Positions 1 through 12,002 of a DNA stretch of 64,000 bases are shown here, piece after piece. This stretch comes from Ptychomitrium polyphyllum (lineage: Eukaryota), in NCBI GenBank assembly GCA_973851085.1, contig OZ316776.1:992001-1056000 (forward strand), given 5' to 3'. A program made the translations under genes and the position numbers. Every line of letters starts with the position of its first letter. Within the stretch, counting starts at the first letter, position 1. The notes below the pieces were generated by a model. It had not been told where the DNA came from. It saw only the letters and a program-made list of their open reading frames with translations, and made no database searches.

Positions 1-720
1 AGGGTTTGCAAAGCTCGTCCTTGTCTGTTTCTTTTTCTTAGGTTATCTATCAGGATGTTGTAAAAGCCTCCGACCTTCGTCAACTTGAGGTGGTATTTGT
101 TAGGGTTTCCGCATCTTTAGTGTTCGACCTTCGCTTGGGCTCCGTTGAATTTTTCTTTTAGCCGTTTAGCTTAACATGTATGGATAAGATCACGTGCATT
201 TGCAAAGTTCGTTTCGCCTTGAAATTTACGCCGATCATCTTCATATGTTACTTATTGGTTTTCCTCAAGCTATATCTGCGAAAATTTGAGTTTTCAGACT
301 TAAGCAGAATACGATTTTTCCAATTCTTTGTGTCTCTTTGAAATCCTGACCAACCTTTTGATATCCTGCTATATCAATTGGGGTTTATTGATAAGTTGAT
401 CATATCGGTCCCTACTACGATAGAAGGTCGACCCTGTAACTGCGAGAAGTCTCTCGAATGTTTCTATGCGACGACGTATGGGTTTCATGCACTTTCAAAC
501 TGGGTATATAGAGGGGCTGTTGGAAATGTTGAGCTAGGATATTCATTACTTCAATTCTGAACGTTAATTGTGCATGCTGATGTGAGTGTCACATGAAGGT
601 TGGATGATAAAGTTCAAATTGATAACTCTTTCTCTTCTGTGTAGGTTGCAAATACTTCCTCACCTGTCTTGGGTGTTGCTCACGCAGTAATTGCAGCGAT
701 ACAGCTTCCTTCTGTGCAAG

Positions 721-3682
721 ATGTCTCGATATGATGATCGTTACAGAGGTGACAGACGCGATGATAGGGGCGGAGGTGGAGGTTACCGAGGTGGCGGGGG
801 TGGCGGCAGGGGAGGAGATGGAGGGCCGGATGCTGGAGCTACTCGGCTATATGTGGGCCGCCTTTCCACTCGGACAAGAAGCCGGGATTTGGAAGACCTC
901 TTCGCAAAGTATGGCAGGTATGAAGCTTTTTCACTTGAATCACCTGTTATCAGTAACGGTTGCACGTGGTGGATTCATGTCGATCACTAAGCAGGTGCTG
1001 AGAGCGTTGATAATGCATAATAATTCTCTAGGTTTGCTTCAACGTCAAGTTGGATGTTAATTGGCTAGCTCGTGGTATTTAAAAATTGATTTGTTATCAC
1101 TTTTCTTGGAGGATATCGATGTTACAAAACCTTAGTGGGCCTCAGTTGCATTGGATCAATCACTCGTTGGTACAAGCCTTCTTAATCATATCAGAGAGTT
1201 TAATTCCTGAGTCTCCAAAAGCTCAATCCCGTCCTGCGATATAAAAGATACTCATAATATACAAACTGAGGTACCCAATACCTTCAAGTAAAGGGTACTG
1301 TAATTAGTGTTCTTAGTCCTGTTTAACTTGCGTTCTAATTCTGGGTCAACAACTCCGACCGAGTGATTGTTGAATTAAGGTTTTGTTGCGAACATTAGAT
1401 GGAGTCCGGACACTTACGTCACATACTTGGGGGCTCATAAAAGCATCATTGCTTCATTGAGAAAACTGGAGGATACACAAAGCACAACGTAAAGGTCTTC
1501 ATGAATTACTGTCTAATTGCTCAATCTAAGTTCAAATCCTACTGTTTCGTCATCGTTCAACTGGTTACACCTATACTGATGATTACACTTGCACTGGTTA
1601 AATCAGTTTATTCGTACAGTTATTTGTTGTACGAGGTTGGGAGTAAGGTTATGCGAGCGAATAAGTAATGATAGTATTCAAGTTCGTTACAACTCATGTA
1701 ATTTCAAGACCTGAATTTGATAGTTATGTCCACTATACGTTTGCACTTGCTCGTTATTTATCACATGTCAGTTTCTGGTGAGTGCAAGACAAGTCAGCCT
1801 CGGCAATCACGCAACGGTACTGGATGGGTAGGGCTAAGCCATAATTACTTGCATGATGTTGTTGAAGGTTGGTGGGCTCTCTCACGGCCTGGAGGTGAAT
1901 TTGGTGAGGGGTCTGTGGTGGCACTGGTGGCTTAAGCTCGCGAAGGTAGATGGCAGAGGGAGGCAGAAAGGCGCAGCGTAGAAAGGCGTGGTTCCTTGTA
2001 TGTATGAGTGGGCTGATGTACGCGTACATTCATGGAATTTCGGAGGGGTGGAAGTAAAGTGGTGTGTGATTCGTGTGGTGTCTCGTGGAATGGTGTTGAC
2101 GTGGTGCGCTGCTTCTTTTTTTGGCGGCCCTTTCCGCAGAGTTCGAGACGTGGATGTGAAGCACGACTTTGCCTTCATTGTGAGTGTCCGTTCCTACTTT
2201 CCAGTACTGAGTTTGTTTGGGTTTCATTGCAGTGGACTGGGTGTCCACTCAGAAGTGGGGACGTGAGGCATTTTGGTCAGCAGCACGTCGTTGAGGTTGA
2301 ATGCGTCCAGGTCGATGCGCACTTGCATGAGCAGCAGATGTGGTCATTCTTAGGTGCTGGGTGTGTGATTTGAGGCACTGGCTTTTCTGGAATAGGTCTC
2401 TGTTACGGAACACCTGGAGAGCTCTTGAATGGGGATGGAGTATGGCGTGGACGCGATGTCCCTCCCTGGTTGGGCCGAATGGCAGCGGACAAGCCGCTAT
2501 TTGGATTTTCACGTCTGTCAGGGGGTTGATGAGTATGGTCGCGGTCTTTTGTGGTCAATGCTGCTCACGTGGCAGCGCTGGTGTCTATCCAGGAATTCGC
2601 TGATGCGCGAGATGCCGACGATGCGAGGCATTACTGCAATGGGAAAGATTTTGATGGCAACAGGCTGATTGTGGAGTTCGCGAGGAGGGTGAGTACGATG
2701 GTGTATGGTGTACGGTGTGGACGTAGTGGTGCAGCCTTGCCTGTTGTTGTCCGTGCATGCGGCTGTAGCGTTTCATGCATCGTCGCGGATATCGTTGTGG
2801 TGTTTGGTTGGCGTGTGAAATTGTGAAGCGTCTTTCATTGAGCACGACGGGTGTATGATGACGAGGTCGTGTGTCGCCGTGACATGGTCGTGTGACTGTC
2901 GGAGTGAGTATGTTAGCGTCTCGGCCGTCCCAGAAATACTGAGGTTGGCACTCATGTTTGTTGTAGCGGATGAATGAGCAGGGACCCCGTGGCGCCCCAG
3001 GCGGGGCTCGAGAGTACCTGGGCAGAGGTCCGCCCCCCGGCACTGGGCGGTGCTACAACTGTGGGAACGATGGGCACTGGGCAAGAGACTGCAAGGCGGG
3101 CGACTGGAGAGACAAGTGCTACAGGTGCGGGCAGCGTGGGCACATCGAGCGCAACTGCCGCAACAGTCCGAGGCCAAACAGCAGGTGAGTCGGTCCGGAG
3201 GGGCTCCATGAAAATGGATGCAGTAGAGTGCCGAGCGTTCTGGGGTGAACGATTGTAGCATACAGTAGTGTGGCGCGAGGAGTCCAGCGACTGACGGCGT
3301 TGTGGTTGGTGCAGCCCATCTCGTTCCCGATCCCGCTCGCCTCGAGGACATGCGAGATCTCGCAAGAGCGTCTCTCGCAGCCGGAGCCGCAGCTACAGGT
3401 TTGTGTGCACAACTCTTAGGAACCGCGTGCTGATGACGAGAAGTGGTGGCAGTGAAGTTCTGGCTTCCCAGCACGGTCCAGTCGGTCCGGTGAGTAGTCG
3501 ATTTCCAGTGCGGGAGTTGTGGATATGACGGATGTTGTTGGTTGGTCTTTGTCAGCCGATCGCCTCCGAGGAGAGGCCGCAGCCCCGCAAAGGGCGAGCG
3601 CAGTCCGGTGAAGGATGATCGCAGCCCGGCGAAGGGCGAGCGCAGGAAGGCAGGCCGCAGCCGCAGCCGCAGCCGCAGCCGC

Positions 3683-3715
<33 letters not shown>

Positions 3716-3988
3716 CTCAGCGGGAGCAGGAGCCGCACTCCTGTGGCGAAGGAGGAGAAGCGCAGCCTCTCTGGCAGCCCTGTCCCGAACGGGAGAAGCA
3801 TGAGCAGAAGCCCTGCGGGTGGCAGTGCGAGCCCAGAGGCCCAGCCCGGGGAGCAGAGTCCTGCGGCTGGAGAGAAGAGGCAGAGCGTGAGCCCGAGCCC
3901 AGAGCAGGACGTGGAGAAGGAGAGCCCTGCGAAGGAGGTGTCACCGGCAGCGCGTGCGGGAAGGAGCCCCACTCCGGACGAAGAGTGA
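721..3988 (+). CDS. RS2Z: RS2Z-subfamily serine/arginine-rich splicing factor, copy A (~350 aa). Coding exons 721-917, 2140-2179, 2593-2688, 2982-3184, 3315-3398, 3556-3988
   Basis: The spliced ORF is joined by GT-AG introns in consistent phase. It has an RRM (RLYVGRLS...DFAFIEF...RLIVEFA), two CCHC knuckles ([28 protein letters not shown]) and an RS/SP-rich tail, and ends in TGA at 3986-3988. 5'UTR intron acceptor near 687. Confidence 0.95.
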
Positions 3989-4636
3989 CGATCTAGTTTG
4001 TATGTATTTCAGAAAGCATAGGCCATGGAGATGGTGGACATGCGCGGTAGAAAGAGACGAGGTCTGCAAATTCTGGTGTAGTTTGGTGCAAGCGCAGCTG
4101 ATATTCCTTTTTGTGTATGTATCTGAGTAATGGACTTGGACGGGTTGATATCTGAATATCTGTTTTGGCACCGTTGGTGATATCGGAATGACTGTCTCTT
4201 CTTGGAACAATGTCTTGTATCGTACGAAGCTATGACTTGATTTGGGTCCTCTACGGAGGAGCGCCTGGATTGCTACGCTCTTTGTACCCCGAGGACAGAT
4301 TCATAAGCCCACAGGCTGAATTGCCACTGGCCTCTCTTCGAGCAGATCCAGTACTTGCCAAAACTGTCGACGCGCTACGACTGAGCCATCCGCATACGGG
4401 GTCATAAGAAATGGCGGAACGACCCTCGGCACAGAAGCCGCCCTCGACCGAGCTTTGGGGCCATTTACCATCAGCGAATGGATGCCCAGACACGAAATGC
4501 ACGAGTACCAACGCGGCCAAATTGTAAAGTCGTGTGATGGCTTGAAGTGAGAGCATGTGTGACGTCACTGCTTGCCAACACGTGGGGCGAGGCGTCTGTG
4601 GAAATCACATTTGGCTAACAGGAAGCCAACAGTGAC
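1766..4636 (+). repeat. Left arm of ~2.9-kb near-perfect inverted repeat
   Basis: Reverse complement of 12003-14893. All overlapping ORF translations in the track are identical between arms. The only difference seen is a 20-bp indel at ~4290. Confidence 0.97.
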
Positions 4637-4749
4637 TTGATGATTTTCTTAATACTTTTTATTCTCATGAGGAGCCTTATATACTCACACCCAGTCCGTG
4701 TCGGAGGCGCAGCAAATTCATTTTCTACCATATAATCTGGATATTAGGA

Positions 4750-5900
4750 ATATTGTGGGTCTTCTACTTTCAGGAAGTGTGCATGGCTGATTGTGTAAGA
4801 AGGTTTCATGTCTTCCATTAAGTCAGAGGACTTTAGAAGTATTTTAGGAAGTAAAGATTTTATGGTATATAATATGATGTAATATGCAGGACATCTCTCT
4901 CTTGTGTATAAGAGTTGTAAAGCATATGTATAGTGCTCCCTTGTTATCAAATAGTAACTTGAAGGGTAATTTTTGAAAGCACTTTTTGTTGAATTTCTTG
5001 CTTCTTGTGTCCTTTGACAAAAGCTCTAATCAATATGTACTTGACATTGAAATGCCTATTTAGTACTATCTAAATTAATAATATGTGCTTCTTTAGATGA
5101 TTTCTTGATAAAAACAAAATGGAATTCTCAAAGTTCTGGATAGGAACCATTAGTGCATTCCTTGGCACATGGAAATGTCATTAGGCCAAAATCCTACAAC
5201 AATTGTTATAAAATATTGTAAAGGTTAGTAGATGGAATACTTAGATGGTAGAAAATTCATCAATATGGAACAAAAAGAATACAATTTTTGAGTCTTATGT
5301 TGATTTCCAATATCTAATTCAAATTTTGTCAAGTTTGCTTCTTTGTTCATTGTAAAAAAGTTTTGATTTGAAATGAATTTACAACTAAAGTATGTCTTTA
5401 GTTGTAAATCCTTTATATAAAAGACTAAAAATCAACAAAATTGAAGTTGATTACATAATTGTTAATAAGTAATATAAACATTGATCGAGAAAAAGTTGTT
5501 GATATGTAATAGTGATCATATACTATTTTCTCCTTTAAATAGCCATATACTATAGTCTCTTTTCAATATCCATATATTATCTTTTCCATTGCATAGCCAA
5601 TAATAAATGTTAGTGATTTTAAAATTCTAGTTTCTACCACTTATACTCCTCATACATTGTTGATGGTCCTTCCTAAATAGATTGACATGCTTGCAATGAA
5701 TCTTGACATAAGTATCTAAAAGTAATATTTTAAACTTATTGTCATCAATAGATGAAAATCTTCTTGTATAATCAATAACATTTTAGTTGCTTCCACACAA
5801 AAAAAAGACATTATACTTACTAACATAATACATGTATATTACCTTCCTAAAAGTAATGCAAGAATCATTCTATGCACTACCAATTAAGGGATAATTAAAA
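4750..5900 (-). mobile_element. Heavily decayed Ty1/copia RT/RNase H remnant
   Basis: The AT-rich minus strand gives broken motifs in copia order: RFIA (ARLVA-like), MDIE..YGYLKEKI (MDV..LYG.L.EEIYM-like), LFHIDE (LLYVDD-like), DFG.M, ESRRPT (SRRSTSG-like). Many frameshifts. Confidence 0.45.
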
Positions 5901-7528
5901 TAATAATTTCATGTGTTGGAACAAGACGACTATTTATCAACACTATTTATCTTTTATTCCAAATTCTGTGCCTTAAATCCGTCACAGCAAAAGTGCCATG
6001 TCTTAACCCCTTCATTGTCCTGCTATCTCAATCCTTGGTGCTACTAAGAAATCCAAAAGATTCCTCTTAACATTTGGGATGCTCATACCAGGAATCTTTC
6101 ATTGTGAAACGGCAGTGCAACCTCGGTGCTCTACATGGAACTTTGGGTCAAGATATGGAAGTAAAAACAAAACGCTTAGCCACACTAAACTTGCTTATTA
6201 GGACGCTACGGTATCATTTCTGACTCTTGATGATGCTGGCCTGACCAATTCAAGTCAATGTGGTGAGCTCTGGTACAAATACCTCAGAATGATAGTGATG
6301 CTCTTTGCCATCAATAGATAAATGGCATTCTGGTGGGACGAATGCGTTGAGCTGTGTCTTCTTGAATAAAACAAAACAACTCGTTGCAAACACTGCATCT
6401 CTCCAATGTATGCGGCATGCATTCTGACAATATAAGAGATGAATTGACAACACTACTTAGTTTCTGACACTTGAACCTGACAGATACCACGTAATACCAT
6501 AGCCAAATCCTCTTCAGGGCTCATGCGCAAACCTCAGATGGCTCAGTTACTAATTAAACATGCATCAACATGGTTTTACTCGATAAGTAGTTAACTCCCA
6601 TGAAATTACTGTTCACAATGCGGATTAAGTGTGAAGTTTACGATGAATATCTTATTCGTCAAGATAAATAGATTTTGTTGTTTTAGGATCCTTTGTGTAC
6701 TTGCTACGTTTTCGTCATATTTCGAGAAAATACTTGAACAAAATGTCATCTCCAAGGGACATGTTTATTAAACATGAGAGGTATGACTGTAATCTTGTAG
6801 ACTTACGGGCCTTCGAGACCCACAGTATCTGCTTTCGAACAGGAAATTGCAAACCTTAGCACTTCCGGAGCTACTTGAGGAGAGTTCGTGGTCGCCTGTT
6901 AATTACAATCAAAGAGAAGAAACTCTCATTATCAAGAATGAATCCGTCACGAACTTCTCAATATGACAAGTGATCTGGGATAGTTGGCAAACTGACTCTC
7001 CAAATATTGCCAAGATATTCAAGACGATAAAGAAATATCAAAATGTACAGTAAGCTGGATGCAAGAGGAAAGAGCTCAAATATGAAAGCAAGCAAACGTG
7101 TATCCGCCACTTAGCAACACAATAGAAGACTATTCAACATACAATATATTCACAATAGTAGTCAGCAATGTAAAGAATTCAATACAACTCAACGAAACAA
7201 TTGAAGGGTTGAATAATACCCTTTGCCAGCAGATTGGCGTGTAGCATCCCCACGACACACTGCGTATCAAATAGCTTGCAGTTGTGCCTAGGAACGTGAC
7301 TTCCATTTCAACTATTGAAGCTGATAAATAGTATCATAAATTAGCCAGCAGGTTTATCTCCAGGTGTCCAGCCTCAAGATCAAGCCAAAACACGTTCACT
7401 CTTTGTGCTCATGAACCAGCGAAATAGAACGGTTCAGTTGTATCTTAAAGTTGGCCAATACATTATACAAAAATGAAAGGATAGTTGTTTCCCCTTTTTC
7501 ATAGTTCTCTTCTTCCAGTGATTCAACT

Positions 7529-9851
7529 TCAACCGACGAAAGCACGGTCATCTGTTGCATGCACTATCAGTGTGTCGTCGGCAGGCACTTGGGTACCCCT
7601 TCGCTGCTTGTAAACGAACTGTGAACCAGCCCAGAGAAGAAGCAACATGGCTACTACACACCCAGCTGCGAAGAAGAAGAACTCGTTGGCTTTGGAGAGA
7701 CGGTTGCCAATGATGGCCACCAATGCCACAGTCACAAGGTTCCCTGCATAAGCAAAGGAAAAGAACCTCAATTTGGATGATAAAAGGAATACATACAGCT
7801 TACCAAAGAACTCGACAGGAGTCATGGATGATCTAAGAAGTTGATACTCAGTTCAAGTTACAGGTCGGCATCAACTAGGAGCAGTCAGGTCAAGAGAGCC
7901 TCAGAAAGTTTACCTGCCGAAACAGTAAAGAGCCATGCAGACTGGACTACAGCTTTCATGGAATCTGGAGCCTGTGAGTACGCAAATTCCAAGCCCGTGA
8001 TGCTGAACATAATCTCCCCAGCTGTGATAACAACATATTGTGGGATCTGCCATAATAAAGACAAAGACTCTCCGCCTGCATGATTGTCAATGGCAAGCTG
8101 CAAAAGGCCAGAAAACAAGAATGCAATTGCACTCAATATCATGCCAATAACCATTCTTGGGACAGCTTGGAGTGAATATCGGTGATACTCAAGAAACGGA
8201 TAAATGATTTGATCGAACAAGGGGATCATCACCAGAATAAGCACAGGGTTAAGTGCCTGCATCCACAAGACGAAGACACTATGAGAGAGGTAATTGAAAA
8301 TACTCAGTGATAGAAAGAAAAAATAGAATAAACAGGACTACAAACATGTGTATACAGACAGTAAGAAGGTTCTACGGACCTGCATCTGATCAGGTTGAAT
8401 GGTGATGTTGAAGAGCCACGGAACACGCCCATCAAGAGTACTAGCTTGAAAGACCCACTTGGAAGACTGTTGATCAAACAGGGACCAAAAGAGGGGAGTT
8501 GGGAGAAGCAATGCCAAGACACGCATGAGCCCCTTCACGTCCTCGACAACAGACGGGTCATGCTTGGCTTTAGCGCTATCTAACCAATGGGAGCCTTGCC
8601 TACTACCCCTCCGAAGCTTGATGGCATCAACAACAACCCCACCGACCTCAGCAAACACATTTCCTTCAGGAGGACGATCCACGTAGGTGCCGCGTCCCAA
8701 CCAGAAGATCAGCAAGGCACACATCATAAGAGCCGCCGGTACAGCAAATGCAATTGCATAGGAAAAGTCCGCCCGAAGAACTGGGGTTAAGATAGTGGAG
8801 AGGACTGATCCCGCGTTCACTGCAAAGTAGTACATGGAAAAGAATTGGCGATGAAGACGCTCCTTAGTAGGCCCATCCGGCAAGGAATACTGAATCTGGT
8901 CACCTCCAAACGCAGCCACACATGGCTTGATGCCACCAGTGCCAAGCGCAATCAAACCCAAGGCCCCGGCAGTAGACCAGAAGAGAGTACTCTGAGTGCT
9001 GGGGTCAGCCTTCGGTAATGCTGAAGCTGCCATCACCCAATTTCCAATGCAATATACAGTTGATAGATAGAGTACAGTGCGGTATTTTCCCTGCACAAGT
9101 TGACCCCTAAATCATGAGAAACATGGTGATAGGCAGACACTGGTAGAAAGAACCCAACATACAGCAACATCTTTTTAGAACGAATGGATCACTAGACAAC
9201 CATGACTTACAGCCTACTTTGGGCATGCCGCAAATATAGCTCAAAGAACTTCCTATAATGTCATACATCTTGCAATCACATTAGATGAAACTTCGACACA
9301 AGCTGAACAGATCCCAGAAACACGCAGTAAACTCTCATTAACTCTAATCTTCACAGAATTTGCTCCTACTACAGTCAGAAGACATCTCATTTTCAAGAAA
9401 GTTCTCACATGGATTACCTATGACAAAGGCTTTACTAGTACACTAATGCGAATTGATTCTTGAGAATGGTTTCGCAATTGGGATGACGGCATTTGGGATA
9501 ACATTAAGGTGGTGGACAATGTGAAGCGTGTACCCAGTAGCAATCACTAATGAAGGCACCCAGGAGCGGCGTGGCGTAGCAGGCGACAATGAAGAGGTGC
9601 ACGAGTTCGGTAGACTCGTTCTCGCTCAAACGGAGGTGCTGCACCAAGTAAAGCGCAAGGATCGTCTTCATACCATAAAATGAGAACCGCTCGCAAAACT
9701 CATTCCACACGAGGTACTTGATGCTCCTCGGAAACGAAGAAAAGTAACCCTGTCTTGACGGGTTCGCATTCCTGTTCAGAAGATGAGAATTCTCGTTCAC
9801 CGCATCCACTGCAACGTAGTCACCGCCCCGTTCCACTGCATCGTCCGTCAT
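7529..9851 (-). CDS. Proton-dependent oligopeptide transporter (POT/PTR/NPF family, PEPT1/SLC15A-like), ~528 aa. Exons 9851-9534, 9090-8380, 8256-7914, 7743-7529
   Basis: EFCERFSFYG (ExxER motif), LGTGGIKPCVAAFGGDQ (PTR2 signature), FFSMYYFAVNAGS, QPDQMQALNP and TGLEFAYSQAP. GT-AG introns keep the frame. Confidence 0.93.
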
Positions 9852-10315
9852 CACTACGACCTACCCTCTGACTTTCACGCCCTACCTTCGCCTCCAAGAG
9901 AAAAAATACCAACAAAAAAACTAAAAAATCCCGATCCACTCTACCAAGAATATCCTCCAACCTCAAACTCCTCTTGCAAACCCACAAAACCACTCCCCTA
10001 GGAAACACCAAACCCCTCCCCTGCTCCTCACAAAACTGCCCAAGATGTACTAACACTCACAAACCCCGCCCCACCCCCCTCAAAAAAAAATTCCAGCAGT
10101 TCTGATATACACTGGAAATCCCCTAAAACTGTGACCTTAGATTCCTCACATCAATCTGACAGCACTACAAGATCTCACAGAATGCAAAATTACAACCTTG
10201 GACAGTTAACTTCGACAAAGATACAAGCTTTGACGCTCACTTTGACACTAAACTTTCAGCTATGTGCTTCCCAGCCCTGAACCCTATTCCTAACCAGGTC
10301 AAGAAAAAGGCCCAG

Positions 10316-10502
10316 AATTAGAACTAGAACTAGAACGAGAACGGAGAACTCAAGCAAAGCAAGAGAATGCACAACCCCCGTCCGTGCGCAGGACAAGTAC
10401 AAGACAGCATGGCATCATGTGGCGGTGTGGCTACAATATGATGCCCTGCCAGCATAGCCGTGCCGTGCCGTGCCGTGCGTTGCGTTGTGTTGCGTGCGTT
10501 GC
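10316..10502. repeat. Short microsatellites (GAACTA/GAACGA)n and (GTGCC/GTTGC)n upstream of the transporter
   Basis: gaactagaactagaacgagaacggagaac at ~10321; gccgtgccgtgccgtgccgtgcgttgcgttg at ~10457-10500. Confidence 0.7.
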
Positions 10503-12002
10503 AGCTGCACTATGAATGCCCCTCCAGGCTCCTGCACTGCTGTGCCTCTGTGTGGCCAACGTCCCCATTTCCTAGTTTGCCACACATTTGCTTGCAGCCT
10601 TTCACCGGAATGAATGGTCTTCCATGACGGTGTTTTTCTTTTCTTGCATTCTTCTTTTCTTTTCCTCAATTCTTCTTTTCTGTCCGTTTCTTTTCTTTTT
10701 TTGGGCTTTTATGTTTTAGTTTTAGTTTCTGTTTGTGTGTGCATGTGCGTGGGGTTGTTTTTCTTTTTCCATAAATAGTTTTAATTTTAATTTTTTAAAT
10801 TTAACTTCTAATTGGTGAATTGGATTTTAGGTTGGTGGAAGATTTTGCTCTACTTGATCTTGTTTGTCACCACAATAGGTTTTTTGGAGGTGGTTCATCA
10901 ATGTGGCGTACACCCGCCCAGGTGCAAGTACTTACCTCATAACCGAAAGGTAATAGCTATATAGTCACCACTTGAGCGTCCTGGAGAAATTGTTCCTCTG
11001 TAATGACCCACGAAAATGCGGCATACAAGTTCCAGCCTTGCGATGGTGGGCTCCCCGCGACACTTGGGCTGCTATAGACTCTGGCACCTCCAATTGTGCT
11101 GAAGATGCACACATTTAAGACAAAATGTTTCATTCAGTAAAATGGATAACTAGCATGCCAATGCTGAATCAGGTAGCATGCACCCAATTTCTTCTCATAA
11201 TTCAGATAAAGAGGCCAGGTTTTCATTATGTTCTACTAACTGCCCAAACTACTCGGAAACTACTTTCAGCACTGAAACAAAGTCGCAGAAAATGATATGA
11301 CAATCAATCATAGAAGCCCATTGGAACTTTGCGATTGAAAAAAGTAACGAGGAATGAAGAAGCCTCCTCACTCACATAAAAAGAGTGAGTGCAGTAGCAA
11401 ACGCATTCCTCCACCCTGGCCTGAAGCTGCACATCTTGATTTGAATCATCCTCTCTTCTTGAAGTGTTCCACAAAGACTTTGCAATGTGAAAATCTTAGC
11501 TGTTCCTTCAATATCTCAGTTCTTTATAGCGGCAATACTGAGCTACTTGGACCGCCAACTTCCAGAGGACATGTCCAAATTCACCTTACTAAGGGACTTG
11601 ATAGCGGATCTTTGTAAGATGAATTTGAACATGTTCTCTGGAAGGATGCGGTCCTTAGAAACCTAGAAACCCTATTTGAAATCTATAAAGGGTAACCCTT
11701 CAACCATTTCACGCTTCAAACCACAGAATCATCCGGCTCGTATTCACTGAGATAGTACGTACCATCTAGAATTCTCAATATAAATCAGCTTCCTTGAAAT
11801 CAACGAAACACTACAGTATTCCCTGAGCAATGGTTTCTCTACAACTTATAATATCCAGACTGCAGGAGATTCGATGCATAACTCTCATATGCACTGTATC
11901 TTTGACACTACAGACCAGACAAAGAAGTGCTCAGAGTTCAGTCTCCTGCACGGAAACCTGTAATTCGGCCCTTACACAGTGTTTCCCGATGTGCGTCCTG
12001 AC

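Noticed and set aside
2773..3972. 399-aa antisense ORF (and its mirror 12687-13886), plus many short overlapping ORFs
   Set aside because: By-product of GC-rich RS-repeat codons and GC-rich introns on the opposite strand of RS2Z. Identity between the copies reflects the DNA repeat, not protein constraint.
10928..10940. U1 snRNA-like 5' end (tacttacct)
   Set aside because: No following U1 stem-loops or Sm site; better read as the reverse complement of a 5' splice site.
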